From positions 32,147,710 through 32,185,327 of the forward strand of contig NC_068995.1 in the NCBI RefSeq assembly GCF_001194135.2: a stretch of 37,618 bases of DNA. The letters are read 5' to 3'. This document shows, piece after piece, positions 1-12,219 of the stretch. Made by a program: the position numbers and the translations under genes. Position 1 is the first letter of the stretch; the number at the start of each line of letters is the position of its first letter. Source of the stretch: Octopus bimaculoides. Its lineage: Eukaryota. The notes under the pieces were generated by a model that saw nothing but the letters and a program-made list of their open reading frames with translations, ran no database searches and was not told the DNA's origin.

Positions 1-46
1 TCTCATTTACATATGTATGTATGTATATGGACAGTGCTAATAATTC

Positions 47-172
47 TTTCTAGAATAGGCACAAGTTATGAAATTTCGGGGAAGGGGATAATCGGTTACA
101 TTGACTCCGAAAGGATGAAAAGCATAGTCGGCCCAGCGGAATTTGAACTCAGAACGTACGGACGGCGGATAG
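47..172 (-). mobile_element. tRNA-derived SINE family A, internally deleted fragment
   Basis: Matches the complete copy at 28647-28868 in this window (ACTCCGAAAGGATGAAA...GCGGAATTTGAACTCAGAACGTA). Confidence 0.75.
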
Positions 173-649
173 TCTTAATAAGAACGCGATAAGTGTCTTG
201 CCCGTTCTTCAGCCCTATGTTGACCTACATCCAGCAGACTCTTGGTCAAGATGTCTCCCGAGTACTGGCATCCATCTTGTATTCAGATGTAGTGTATCTA
301 GGATTACTATGTTACACATATCCGCTTTTGAAGCCAAAACGGTAACGCTAACATTTTAGATCTGGCTGCTATTTCTAGCACCTACTCTTGTAACCAGGTA
401 TAGATTTATGTTTCCCTATTGTTGCTGTTGGTTGTGCTTCGTCGAAACAGACTAATGAGTGAAAGTGTTCCGGCCATGACCAACCTACCTGGGTTTTTTC
501 TTTTTATTTAGACACATACATATAGACATACATCATGCAATCTGTCTTTTATTTTTCTAAGACGTAGAATATGTGAGAGGGGTTTGATTGCCATTTCTAG
601 CATTGGTCCAAAACTTCATTGTCTTCAATACACCGCGAAAGCGCACGCC

Positions 650-1055
650 CGTGTATACACGCACGCACCTACACCCATGCACACGCACGCACATACACAC
701 ACACCCATACACATTCACACACACGCACACGTGCACAGATATACATACACACACTTGTGTATATTTAACACGTATACAACACAAATACGTAATACATCTA
801 TATACATACATACGTACATATTTATACATACACACATACATAGACAAAGTTATATATGCATAGATGCATCATACATACTGCCATAATAAACTATTTTATT
901 ATATACATACAAATGTGTGTGTGTGTGCATATGTGTATATGTGAGTATGTGTGTGTGTTTGTGAGTGCGCGCGCGCGCGCGTGTACACATGTGCTTGCAT
1001 GTGTGCATTTGCGTAAATATATGCGTGTATACACACACATACATATGCACACATA
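650..1055. repeat. Compound (CA)/(TA)/(TG)/(CG) low-complexity microsatellite region
   Basis: Seen directly; source of the His/Thr/Tyr/Val/Cys-rich spurious ORFs. Confidence 0.9.
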
Positions 1056-1343
1056 ATCTTAACCTATTGATAGAAACATGGTTGCTGTGCCGCAGCATGG
1101 TCTCAGTGGTGCTGGCGAAGACAAACAAGAGAACACAAAAGTATAATTGTTCGACAAATACATAAACTTATTACTGGAGTATTTACACACACACACACAC
1201 ACGTTCATGCACATACATGCACACACACATGCATATAGATACACACACACAAATTATATAATGCGCATGATATCGGTAAATGTTCGTAAGGGTATTGACA
1301 TGAGCAATGCTCCTCTCACAAATCGGCCGGTATCTCTCACTCG

Positions 1344-1405
1344 TATATATATATATATGTGTGTGTGTGTGCGCGCGCGCAACACACACACACACACACA
1401 TACAC

Positions 1406-1440
<35 letters not shown>
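1344..1440. repeat. Quasi-palindromic compound microsatellite (TA)n(TG)n(CG)n(CA)n(TA)n
   Basis: Seen directly; runs into a gap. Confidence 0.9.
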
Positions 1441-2358
1441 NNNNNNNNNNNNNNNNNNNNNNNNNNNNNNNNNNNNNNNNNNNNNNNNNNNNNNNNNNNN
1501 NNNNNNNNNNNNNNNNNNNNNNNNNNNNNNNNNNNNNNNNNNNNNNNNNNNNNNNNNNNNNNNNNNNNNNNNNNNNNNNNNNNNNNNNNNNNNNNNNNNN
1601 NNNNNNNNNNNNNNNNNNNNNNNNNNNNNNNNNNNNNNNNNNNNNNNNNNNNNNNNNNNNNNNNNNNNNNNNNNNNNNNNNNNNNNNNNNNNNNNNNNNN
1701 NNNNNNNNNNNNNNNNNNNNNNNNNNNNNNNNNNNNNNNNNNNNNNNNNNNNNNNNNNNNNNNNNNNNNNNNNNNNNNNNNNNNNNNNNNNNNNNNNNNN
1801 NNNNNNNNNNNNNNNNNNNNNNNNNNNNNNNNNNNNNNNNNNNNNNNNNNNNNNNNNNNNNNNNNNNNNNNNNNNNNNNNNNNNNNNNNNNNNNNNNNNN
1901 NNNNNNNNNNNNNNNNNNNNNNNNNNNNNNNNNNNNNNNNNNNNNNNNNNNNNNNNNNNNNNNNNNNNNNNNNNNNNNNNNNNNNNNNNNNNNNNNNNNN
2001 NNNNNNNNNNNNNNNNNNNNNNNNNNNNNNNNNNNNNNNNNNNNNNNNNNNNNNNNNNNNNNNNNNNATTATCACAACAGCAGTAATAACAACAACAACA
2101 ATGACAATTACAACAGTCACGACAACAAAAACCACAGCAACTGTTGCACGAAAGAAGGTGACGGGTGAGATGGTGCTCTAAATGGTGGATCGACGAGGTA
2201 GAAATAGCAACTATGTCCTCCGCAAATCAAACTCTATGTTATGGTCTTCAACATGAAGGCCACTAGATTATGTAAGTCGTATATAGAGTAAGTCTGAAGA
2301 AAATAAAATTGGAACACTGTTGATTACAGGTCATCTGGATCGCAATGGACCAAGGTTA

Positions 2359-2397
<39 letters not shown>

Positions 2398-2518
2398 TAA
2401 CGCATAGACAAATAACACGAGCGAAAAAGAACGATAAAAAAAGTGACCACAAAGACCAAAACAATGGGACTTATAAAAACATGTTGATGGATGACATATA
2501 TTGCAAGCCGTAGCATGC

Positions 2519-2593
<75 letters not shown>
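2519..2593. repeat. (CTA)n microsatellite, about 25 units
   Basis: Seen directly. Confidence 0.95.
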
Positions 2594-4129
2594 TTTAGGC
2601 TGGTATACAGTCGGGATTCAGGTGAGCCAGTGGGCCTGGCTCTACGGTTTTTCAAAGGTCCTTCTTTCTGCCCTTGTCCTCACCCTCCCGGTTTGAAGAA
2701 AAGGGAGGATATTTTNNNNNNNNNNNNNNNNNNNNNNNNNNNNNNNNNNNNNNNNNNNNNNNNNNNNNNNNNNNNNNNNNNNNNNNNNNNNNNNNNNNNN
2801 NNNNNNNNNNNNNNNNNNNNNNNNNNNNNNNNNNNNNNNNNNNNNNNNNNNNNNNNNNNNNNNNNNNNNNNNNNNNNNNNNNNNNNNNNNNNNNNNNNNN
2901 NNNNNNNNNNNNNNNNNNNNNNNNNNNNNNNNNNNNNNNNNNNNNNNNNNNNNNNNNNNNNNNNNNNNNNNNNNNNNNNNNNNNNNNNNNNNNNNNNNNN
3001 NNNNNNNNNNNNNNNNNNNNNNNNNNNNNNNNNNNNNNNNNNNNNNNNNNNNNNNNNNNNNNNNNNNNNNNNNNNNNNNNNNNNNNNNNNNNNNNNNNNN
3101 NNNNNNNNNNNNNNNNNNNNNNNNNNNNNNNNNNNNNNNNNNNNNNNNNNNNNNNNNNNNNNNNNNNNNNNNNNNNNNNNNNNNNNNNNNNNNNNNNNNN
3201 NNNNNNNNNNNNNNNNNNNNNNNNNNNNNNNNNNNNNNNNNNNNNNNNNNNNNNNNNNNNNNNNNNNNNNNNNNNNNNNNNNNNNNNNNNNNNNNNNNNN
3301 NNNNNNNNNNNNNNNNNNNNNNNNNNNNNNNNNNNNNNNNNNNNNNNNNNNNNNNNNNNNNNNNNNNNNNNNNNNNNNNNNNNNNNNNNNNNNNNNNNNN
3401 NNNNNNNCTGTGACCGCATTACGTACTTATACCTGTAAATCATTCATAGAACATATTTAGCACTACTTTCTAAAATACTCACTGATCACTGCCAATTGAA
3501 ATGGGGGACCTGCATTGCAGAGCTGGGTTGAGCCTACATTCGGTTGAAGTAGCGATGCTGGGGGGAAACATCCAGGAGTAAATTTGCAGGAAAGCCCTCA
3601 CAAGTTCCTTGTTTACTCTATCGCATCAAAGGTGTCAAAAGTGGCCCCGATTAGTTTAGGGTTTTAGGATCTCAGAATGTAAAAGAGCTGGAAGAAGGGA
3701 ACCCAAAGTATTTTTTCCGGCACTGTATCGATTCTAGCGATACACCACCTTCAATAACAGCCAGGTCGACGACAGCAACAATAGGAATGATTATGACGAT
3801 GACAGTGATTATGGTGATGATGATGGTCTTGATGATGATCGTGATAATGGTGGTGATGATGTTGTTGTTGATGATGATGATGATGTTGAGGACGATGTTT
3901 TCTAACATCGGTGCAGGTGACAATATGAAGGTAGAGTACAGATTGAGTACACAGTAATTTGTGCGATTGAACATAGCCGCATTTAAATTGTTATTTTATG
4001 TCAAGGAACATAAAAGACAGTACCTGGAATGGGTCCTCACACGGATAAGAGTAAGCAGGGAAGAGATGGAAGAGGGACACGCGTGGGTCAATGAAGTGGA
4101 CTGTCAGAATTTGAAATGAGGCGGAGCCG

Positions 4130-4373
4130 GAAGAAGAAGAAGAAGAAGAAGAAGAAGAAGAAGAAGAAGAAGAAGAAGAAGAAGAAGAAGAAGAAGGGAA
4201 TGGTGGTGGTGGTGGTGGTGGTGATGATGATGATGCCGACAACGACAACGATGACAACGATGATGATGGTGAAGAAGAAGAAGAAGAAGAAGAAGAAGAA
4301 GAAGAAAAAAAAAAGAAGAAGAAGAAGAAGAAGAAGAAGAAGAAGAAGAAAAAAAAAAGAAGAAGAAGAAGAA
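4130..4373. repeat. Compound trinucleotide array (GAA)n-(GGT)n-(GAT/GAC)n-(GAA)n
   Basis: Seen directly; runs into a gap. Confidence 0.95.
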
Positions 4374-5057
4374 NNNNNNNNNNNNNNNNNNNNNNNNNNN
4401 NNNNNNNNNNNNNNNNNNNNNNNNNNNNNNNNNNNNNNNNNNNNNNNNNNNNNNNNNNNNNNNNNNNNNNNNNNNNNNNNNNNNNNNNNNNNNNNNNNNN
4501 NNNNNNNNNNNNNNNNNNNNNNNNNNNNNNNNNNNNNNNNNNNNNNNNNNNNNNNNNNNNNNNNNNNNNNNNNNNNNNNNNNNNNNNNNNNNNNNNNNNN
4601 NNNNNNNNNNNNNNNNNNNNNNNNNNNNNNNNNNNNNNNNNNNNNNNNNNNNNNNNNNNNNNNNNNNNNNNNNNNNNNNNNNNNNNNNNNNNNNNNNNNN
4701 NNNNNNNNNNNNNNNNNNNNNNNNNNNNNNNNNNNNNNNNNNNNNNNNNNNNNNNNNNNNNNNNNNNNNNNNNNNNNNNNNNNNNNNNNNNNNNNNNNNN
4801 NNNNNNNNNNNNNNNNNNNNNNNNNNNNNNNNNNNNNNNNNNNNNNNNNNNTGTGCAGCGTGGTAGGAGTGCAGTTATTGCAACTAATCAACAAACACCA
4901 ACAGTGTGTGTGTGAGAGAGAGAGACAGAGGTGGCGGAGGGGGGGGGAGAACAGAGTTAGCCCATAACAAAGATACGAAGATAAGAAATGAGAAAGAGAG
5001 AGAAAGAGAAGGACGGGAATGATTTCGTAAGCAAGAAATGGAAGAAGACAAGGCAAT

Positions 5058-5301
<244 letters not shown>

Positions 5302-5542
5302 AGTGTGGTAGAAGACAGAGAGAGATGAAGTGACACAGAAAAAGAAAGAGGAGGAAAGAAAGAGAGAGATGAAGATATAGAGGGGTGGAGAGAGAGCGAG
5401 AGAGGACAGAGAAAGAGAGACAGAGAGACAGAGAGACAGAGAACAAGAGAGTCGAGTGCAGTAAATTATAATTTCAGTCTTTGCTCCATTTCTTAGGTTC
5501 TACAGTATGGTGTTTAGTATTGTAGAAACGTGTGTGTACATG

Positions 5543-5600
<58 letters not shown>
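5543..5600. repeat. (CA)n microsatellite
   Basis: Seen directly. Confidence 0.95.
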
Positions 5601-5605
<5 letters not shown>

Positions 5606-6396
5606 TATATGCACACATTTTCTACATGTTCCAGTCATTCGACTGCGGCCATACCCCAATATGGCCGCAGTATGGCCGCAGTATACCCCAGTATGGCCGC
5701 NNNNNNNNNNNNNNNNNNNNNNNNNNNNNNNNNNNNNNNNNNNNNNNNNNNNNNNNNNNNNNNNNNNNNNNNNNNNNNNNNNNNNNNNNNNNNNNNNNNN
5801 NNNNNNNNNNNNNNNNNNNNNNNNNNNNNNNNNNNNNNNNNNNNNNNNNNNNNNNNNNNNNNNNNNNNNNNNNNNNNNNNNNNNNNNNNNNNNNNNNNNN
5901 NNNNNNNNNNNNNNNNNNNNNNNNNNNNNNNNNNNNNNNNNNNNNNNNNNNNNNNNNNNNNNNNNNNNNNNNNNNNNNNNNNNNNNNNNNNNNNNNNNNN
6001 NNNNNNNNNNNNNNNNNNNNNNNNNNNNNNNNNNNNNNNNNNNNNNNNNNNNNNNNNNNNNNNNNNNNNNNNNNNNNNNNNNNNNNNNNNNNNNNNNNNN
6101 NNNNNNNNNNNNNNNNNNNNNNNNNNNNNNNNNNNNNNNNNNNNNNNNNNNNNNNNNNNNNNNNNNNNNNNNNNNNNNNNNNNNNNNNNNNNNNNNNNNN
6201 NNNNNNNNNNNNNNNNNNNNNNNNNNNNNNNNNNNNNNNNNNNNNNNNNNNNNNNNNNNNNNNNNNNNNNNNNNNNNNNNNNNNNNNNNNNNNNNNNNNN
6301 NNNNNNNNNNNNNNNNNATATATATATATATATATATATACATAGCTATACATTCTCTTAGCTATGAATTTATTATCTTCTCACTCCATGCTACAG

Positions 6397-6465
6397 ACGT
6401 TTGTCCAAGGAATAGGCCACTGAGTCGGACTGGCACCAAGTCTGCCAACCCACTGCTCCAGATTG
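6397..6465 (+). other. Candidate 69-nt exon (unassigned)
   Basis: Pyrimidine-rich acceptor TCTTCTCACTCCATGCTACAG and donor TTG|GTACAT. Only one frame is open: (D)VCPRNRPLSRTGTKSANPLLQI(G). No homology recognised. Confidence 0.2.
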
Positions 6466-6650
6466 GTACATTTTTTTTTATGTCTTGTCATTTTGGTTTT
6501 GTTTTTCATTGACAATTTAAGAAGAATGAGCGAAGATGGTATCCGCGGAATTTGAACTCATATCGTAGAAAATAGGACAATATCGAGAAGTATTCTGTCC
6601 AACCCTCCAAGTCCCAATTTACCACACTTTAAATACGTACGTACATATGT

Positions 6651-6684
<34 letters not shown>

Positions 6685-6779
6685 GTATACCTGCGTTAGT
6701 GTAGGAGTATGTATGCTTGCATACCTGTATCTACGTATGTATTTGTGTTTGGATTGAATTAATTTTTTCCCCGTTGCAG

Positions 6780-6839
6780 ATTTCCAGCCGGTCAGTAACC
6801 AAATGGCAAGGGTCTTTTACAGAGGAGACAGCTCTTGAG
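6780..6839 (+). other. Candidate 60-nt exon (unassigned)
   Basis: Acceptor TTTTTTCCCCGTTGCAG and strong donor GAG|GTATGT. Phase-0 frame is open: ISSRSVTKWQGSFTEETALE. No homology recognised. Confidence 0.3.
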
Positions 6840-6889
6840 GTATGTAGATATCCGAATTCGTTGTGTGTGTGTGTTTGTGTGTCCTTTCT

Positions 6890-7560
6890 CGATCCGTTGA
6901 AGACAATTTTGGACAGGTTATTTAACGTGACCACAACAAGAAATAGCAATCAAATCCCCTTCATCTTAGAAAAATTAAGGACGTATTGGATAATGTACAT
7001 CTATATATGCAAAGTCAGATCTATCTCAGCAAGTTTACAAACCTTTTACACCCACCTAGCCAATCAGCAAAGTCCTCACTAATTTCAACGTGAGACTAGA
7101 TGCTAATCTGGTCTCCCATGTTAATAAAGAGCATCTCGTTCGCAAGAATGCTTTTGGGTACCTGAACATTTTCAATCATTCTGCCTCGGCCGGAGCACAA
7201 AAGTCCACTATTCTGAAAGCAACTGCTTCACTAGCGGTGATGTCCAGCACCACCGAACTATTGTCGTCTGCATTTCGAGATCTAAACTTTCCTGAATAAC
7301 ATTCCTATCGCACAGCCTCACAACTCTATCTGGGCCAACCATAAGATGCTTACGGTAGGTAGTCTTTGAATATGCTCGCTAGTGCATGAGTCCTGGAAAT
7401 CTTGGTGTTTTACTGATGGATAAAACATCTATATGTAATGACCTGGGATCGTTAAGCGAGCAACCTTGATTCCAAACCGACTTCAGTCCACATGTATTTA
7501 CGCACTGAGTTTTGAGTATAGTCATGTTAGAGAAAAGAAAATTCGGTAATCTGGTTCTCT
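6890..7560 (-). mobile_element. Decayed L1/Tx1-clade LINE, ORF2 N-terminal AP-endonuclease region (ORF1-like remnants may extend to about 8330)
   Basis: Minus strand from ATG at about 7525 reads MTILKTQCVNTCGLKSVWNQGCSLNDPRSLHIDVLSISKT...SSVVLDITASEAVAFRIVDFCAP..., resembling the L1/Tx1 endonuclease start (xNVxGL, D-V-x-x-x-E-T, VLD/FRLVAVYAP segments). Stops and frameshifts present. Confidence 0.6.
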
Positions 7561-8334
7561 CAGCGGTGAATGTGGTGAGGGTGTTCCTCGAACGTTTTAT
7601 AAAATGTTTTTGTTTTTGGTCTCTTGCAAAATAGTCGTTCTTCAGAAGGATATTTTTACCGAGATATCATATAACTGAAGGAGTCTGTCTGTAAGAGTAT
7701 TTTTTCTAGTGCTGCTTTGTGCATGAGTTTTATGGAACATTTCCTTACGGCTTTGTTATTTGTTATCAGATAAATCATTGTTGCTCTTCTTTAACAGTAG
7801 AGTTAATAAGGGAGGTATCTGCCAGTTGATTTTTGGTTGTTGTTGTTGTTGTTGCTGCTGTTGCTATTGTTGTTATAGTTGTTATTGTTATTTCTGTTGT
7901 TGTTCTTGCATTTGTTGTTACTGTGGTGATGGTTGTGTCACCTCAGCAAAACTCGCGATTTTCAGCTGAGGGCAGACTTTTTGTCTCTATTTTGCCCTTT
8001 TTATCCTGATAACCTCTTGTGACGGACCTGTCGTAGGACGTGATCTCGGAGTCGAAAACGCCTTAGCCAGAGGGAAAATGCATGCATGCATGCATGAATT
8101 TGCTTATATTCTGGAAACTGGTGAGGGATGTTTTTTTATTGTGGTGTTAGCGACGAACTGTCCTTCTGGGTTGCGGTGTGGTGTCTCTGTCCGCTGTCAT
8201 TCTTGTTGTTGCAGCTGTTGTAACTATAGCTACTGCTGATGTTGCTGTAAGCTGCATTTTCGTTACTTGTTTCTGCGGTTGTAGAACTGGGGGAGGGGCT
8301 GTCCACAGATAAGTGACCCTTAACATAGTCCTCA

Positions 8335-8510
8335 AAGAGATTCAGCGTGACACAGAATTTAACAAGGCTGGCCCTTTGAAATACAGGTACTACTCATTTT
8401 TGCCAGTTGAGAGGACTGGAGCAAAGTGAAATAAAGTGCTACCGGGAATCGATTTCACGATCTTACGAATGATAGCCGAATACCCAAACCATTAAGCCAC
8501 ACGTCTTCAC
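8335..8510 (-). mobile_element. tRNA-derived SINE family B, partial
   Basis: Aligns with 18612-18855 (GAGATTCAGCGTGA...GGCCCTTTGAAATAC...GTGAAATAAAGTG). Confidence 0.8.
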
Positions 8511-8936
8511 TAGTAAATATTACTTATCACATCAGCATTTGGCTGGAAATTAGTGACCGTGCTCTCCTTGATTCAATTCAGCATCCTTAACTCTCAAAAT
8601 CGTTTCAGGTGCTTATCATCCTTTGAATTGCCACCCAGAACCCCTAAGGGTCAATATCGACCAAGATATTTACCCCAGCTCTACACAATCACCACTGAGT
8701 AATATTATGTAACCCTTACTCTACATAATCGCTATTTAATAAAATAACATGGTACATAGCCTTACATAATCGGCACTCGATGCCACGTCAGAAACAACTA
8801 CTGCAACTCATATTCTAATCAGTTGTTATTACACAACCTATAATGCACAAACCTCTACACAATCCGACACCTTAACACCAATACCGCAATCAAAACAACA
8901 CAATACAGCACAACTGCCATTAGTTACACATGGTGT

Positions 8937-8988
8937 CGCTTAGTATTTTTGCCCGGCGAGCTAATGATTCAGCCAGCTTGCCGCCTTA
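8937..8988 (-). mobile_element. SINE family A, 5' head fragment
   Basis: TTTGCCCGGCGAGCTAATGATTCAGCCAGCTTGCCGCCTTA matches the head of the 28647-28868 copy. Confidence 0.6.
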
Positions 8989-10174
8989 ATAATAATAATA
9001 ACAACAACAACACAACAACAGGTTCAGTGACCGTGGTGGGCTGGAGTGGCATAAGTAATATTGTAAAGAAGACAAAAAATGTGGAAATCAACACAAATAT
9101 GAAATACGACATTGATTATGAATTGAAAAGAGATTCGGAGAAACGCATACATTAAACTGGATTTGGACCAATGAGAGTTTATGTACTTGAAGTTATTCGT
9201 CACTGTTGGAAGTTCTAGGTTGATAGAATAAGATGCATAAGACAGAATAAATGTTTAGGCGAACGGCAGGCCTAAGCATTTCAACGTCTAATGGTTATTA
9301 AGAAAATATCGTGGCAGTATTTACATAGATTTAAGAAAAGAAGAGACATCAGTCATAGATATGTGATTTAGTTTTATTTTGTAAATATTTTTCGGTCAAT
9401 ATATTTAGAGATGTTTTATTTATTTCGTTACGATTTTAGAATTATTATAATGCAAATATCAATCATTTATATAAAGAATTAGTCTGTTTTGTGGGATAAT
9501 TTCTTTTCTATTTGTGTATATATCTGCGCATAGTCAGTCATTCACACACTCACATATACACATACTCATATTTAAATACATGCAGTTATAGCCATACAAA
9601 CGCAGTGAAATAGTAGAATGTTACAGCGTCGTATTTTTCCGGCTCTCTGTGCACCGAGTTCAAATCCAACAGCCATCATATTTGCTTTTTACCTTAATTT
9701 CAAGTACTTGTCATGTACTAAGATTGGTAGCTTTTGTTGTTTCACCTCTTCTTCCGGGAATCGACTGAGTTGTGCTGTGAGTTCTCAGGGAACGCATACA
9801 GTGGCTCTTTCTTTTGTGAGAAAGTCTTTTTCTGTGGGTTAAGAGACAAGCAACCAATTCTTATATCAAACAAACCCTGGTATACTCGGGGATAGAAACT
9901 GCAGATTGGAACGGCGTTTCCCCTTCTTTTCAATTAACGAAAGGACTTATAGGGTTCCATTCCACCACTTCTCATCCTTTCCGCATCTTCACAGACTTCA
10001 GCATGTTTTTAATCCCTAACCAGATATACTAAGGGAACAGACCAATAACGGAATGATGTCTAGTAGAGTGCTGGGAAATAAAGAATATCCATACAAAATA
10101 TAATTTCTCTCTACATACTCCATAACGATTTGTCTGTGCGTTTAAATAAGTAAATCGTCTCAACTGCACCTATA

Positions 10175-10315
10175 TACACGCACACACACACACACGCACA
10201 CACACACACGCACACACACATGCACACACACACACGCATACACATACACATATATGTACACACAACACACACATGTATATACGCAAACGTGTTTACGCAC
10301 ACACAATACACACGA

Positions 10316-10389
<74 letters not shown>

Positions 10390-10390
10390 A
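10175..10390. repeat. (CA)-rich block followed by (TA)n(TG)n
   Basis: Seen directly. Confidence 0.9.
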
Positions 10391-10534
10391 TCGTTTTGGG
10401 ATTTGGGTTGCAAGATTCTTGATGTGAGTTCGTGTGCTGAAGCATATTCTATTGTGTCTGGGAAGAGAGTCATTCTCTTTTAGTGCCTTATTATTTAACA
10501 CACTCACCGGTAAAGTTTCCACTCATTTACTTAT

Positions 10535-10765
10535 TTATTTTTCCTGAAATTTTCGTTGCGTCTTGCATTTGTCTTGGCATGCTTCCTGTGTAGGATGCGC
10601 CACATTTGCCACAGATGATCTCATATACAACATAGGTCCTCTGGCACAATTCATGATCATTGATGTGGCAATTCGGCAATGTGCACTCCACGGAGTAGTG
10701 AGAGGTTTTGTTCTTTTCTCAGGGAAGGGCCGGTGTGCACTATCTGTATATCGAGTCCTTCCCTG
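10535..10765 (-). mobile_element. Penelope-like element, GIY-YIG endonuclease fragment
   Basis: Minus strand CTLPNCHINDHELCQRTYVVYEIICGKCGASYTGS matches the PLE pattern VVY-x-I-x-C-xx-C-xxx-Y-(I)-G with an upstream Cys linker. Confidence 0.7.
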
Positions 10766-10769
10766 TGCA

Positions 10770-11805
10770 CTGCAGGATAGGGCCACTCCAGGAAAAAGAT
10801 GGTACACTCACAGGAAACCCAATGAGATAAGTGAAATACTAAATGAGCAATTCAAAAGTATTTTCACTCGACCCCTAGGACACTTTCGAGTCAGCAATCC
10901 AACTGACTTTTTTACCACTGCAGATATAAAAAGAGAGGCAATATTGATCGATTACATCAATATAAAGGAAAACGATGTAATAATATAGATGAAATGAACC
11001 CAAACTCAGCTACTGGCCCTGATAGATTCCCAGCAATCCTTCTAAAAGTATGTAAGCGAGTCATAGCAGTCCCTCTTTCAGAGCTTCCTTGCAACTGGCA
11101 AACTTCCAAGAAAACTGAAGGAGGGTAAAATATGCTCTATTCAAAAAGGAGGTAGCAGAGCGGAGGCCAAGAACCACAGACCTATCTCTCTGACCTCACA
11201 CATCAGCAAGGTCATAGAACGAATAGTCAGAAGAAAACTAATCGCCTTCCTTGAAGAAAATGACTTGCTGCCTGACACCCAACATGGTTTCCGACCAGGA
11301 AGAAGCTGCCTGACTCAGCTCTTACAACACTATGACTGGGTGCTGAAACAGCTACTTAACCACTCAAATGTGGAAGTGATATATCTCGACTTTGCGAAGG
11401 CCTTTGATAAAGTCGATCATGGAATGATATGTCACAAACTGCGTGATCTCGACATAGTTGGAATATTGGGAGAATGGCTTCATGACTTTCTGAAAGATAA
11501 AAGTCAGGTGGTAGTAGCCAATGGGGCCACCTCCAATGACACGCAAATAGTGAGCGTATTATGCAAGGCACTGTTTTGGGACGAATACTATTCATAATGG
11601 CCCTCTTGCTGTCATAATCGACCACTTACTGTCAAGTGTCGCAGATAAACCAACTTCACGGCAGGAGGTGCAGATGAGGGAAGCTGCATCAAACTCCCTC
11701 ATGCACCAAATGTCAATTCCTAAAAAGCATTAGTGAAGTAAAATTATGTAGCAACACCAAATGGGGGTGTTCCAGCATAACCACAGCTCGTAAGCTGAAA
11801 CTAGA
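10770..11805 (+). mobile_element. Decayed CR1-like LINE reverse transcriptase fragment with 3' tail
   Basis: ISEILNEQFKSIF, ATGPD, NHRPISLTSHISKVIERIV, QHGFRPGRSCLTQLL, VIYLDFAKAFDKVDH motifs. Internal deletion after RT domain 4; 3' tail at 11763-11802. Confidence 0.9.
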
Positions 11806-11819
11806 TATAAAAAGAAATA

Positions 11820-11887
11820 TATATATACTTACATATATATATATATATGTGTATGTGTGTGTGTATGTATGTATGTATGTATGTATG

Positions 11888-11935
<48 letters not shown>

Positions 11936-11947
11936 TATGTATATATA

Positions 11948-11978
<31 letters not shown>

Positions 11979-12136
11979 ATATTCATATCTTTGTATACAN
12001 NNNNNNNNNNNNNNNNNNNNNNNNNNNNNNNNNNNNNNNNNNNNNNNNNNNNNNNNNNNNNNNNNNNNNNNNNNNNNNNNNNNNNNNNNNNNNNNNNNNN
12101 NNNNNNNNNNNNNACATACATACATACATACATACA

Positions 12137-12168
<32 letters not shown>

Positions 12169-12170
12169 CA
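11820..12170. repeat. (TA)/(TG)/(TATG)n microsatellite complex spanning a gap
   Basis: Seen directly. Confidence 0.9.
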
Positions 12171-12219
12171 AACATGTATATAAATACTTTATGAAAGTAA
12201 TAGAAATGAAACTAATATA

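Noticed and set aside
2599-2621. 23-nt micro-exon candidate with donor CAG|GTGAGC
   Set aside because: The acceptor is only a (CTA)n tract; the segment more likely belongs to a retroelement 3' end with a (TAG)n tail on the minus strand.
7090-7299. + strand 69-aa ORF MRLDANLV...
   Set aside because: Better explained as the antisense frame of the minus-strand Tx1 endonuclease relic.
11265-11597. Intact reverse transcriptase gene or domesticated element
   Set aside because: Flanked by stops and frameshifts and lacks the YADD region; a decayed LINE.
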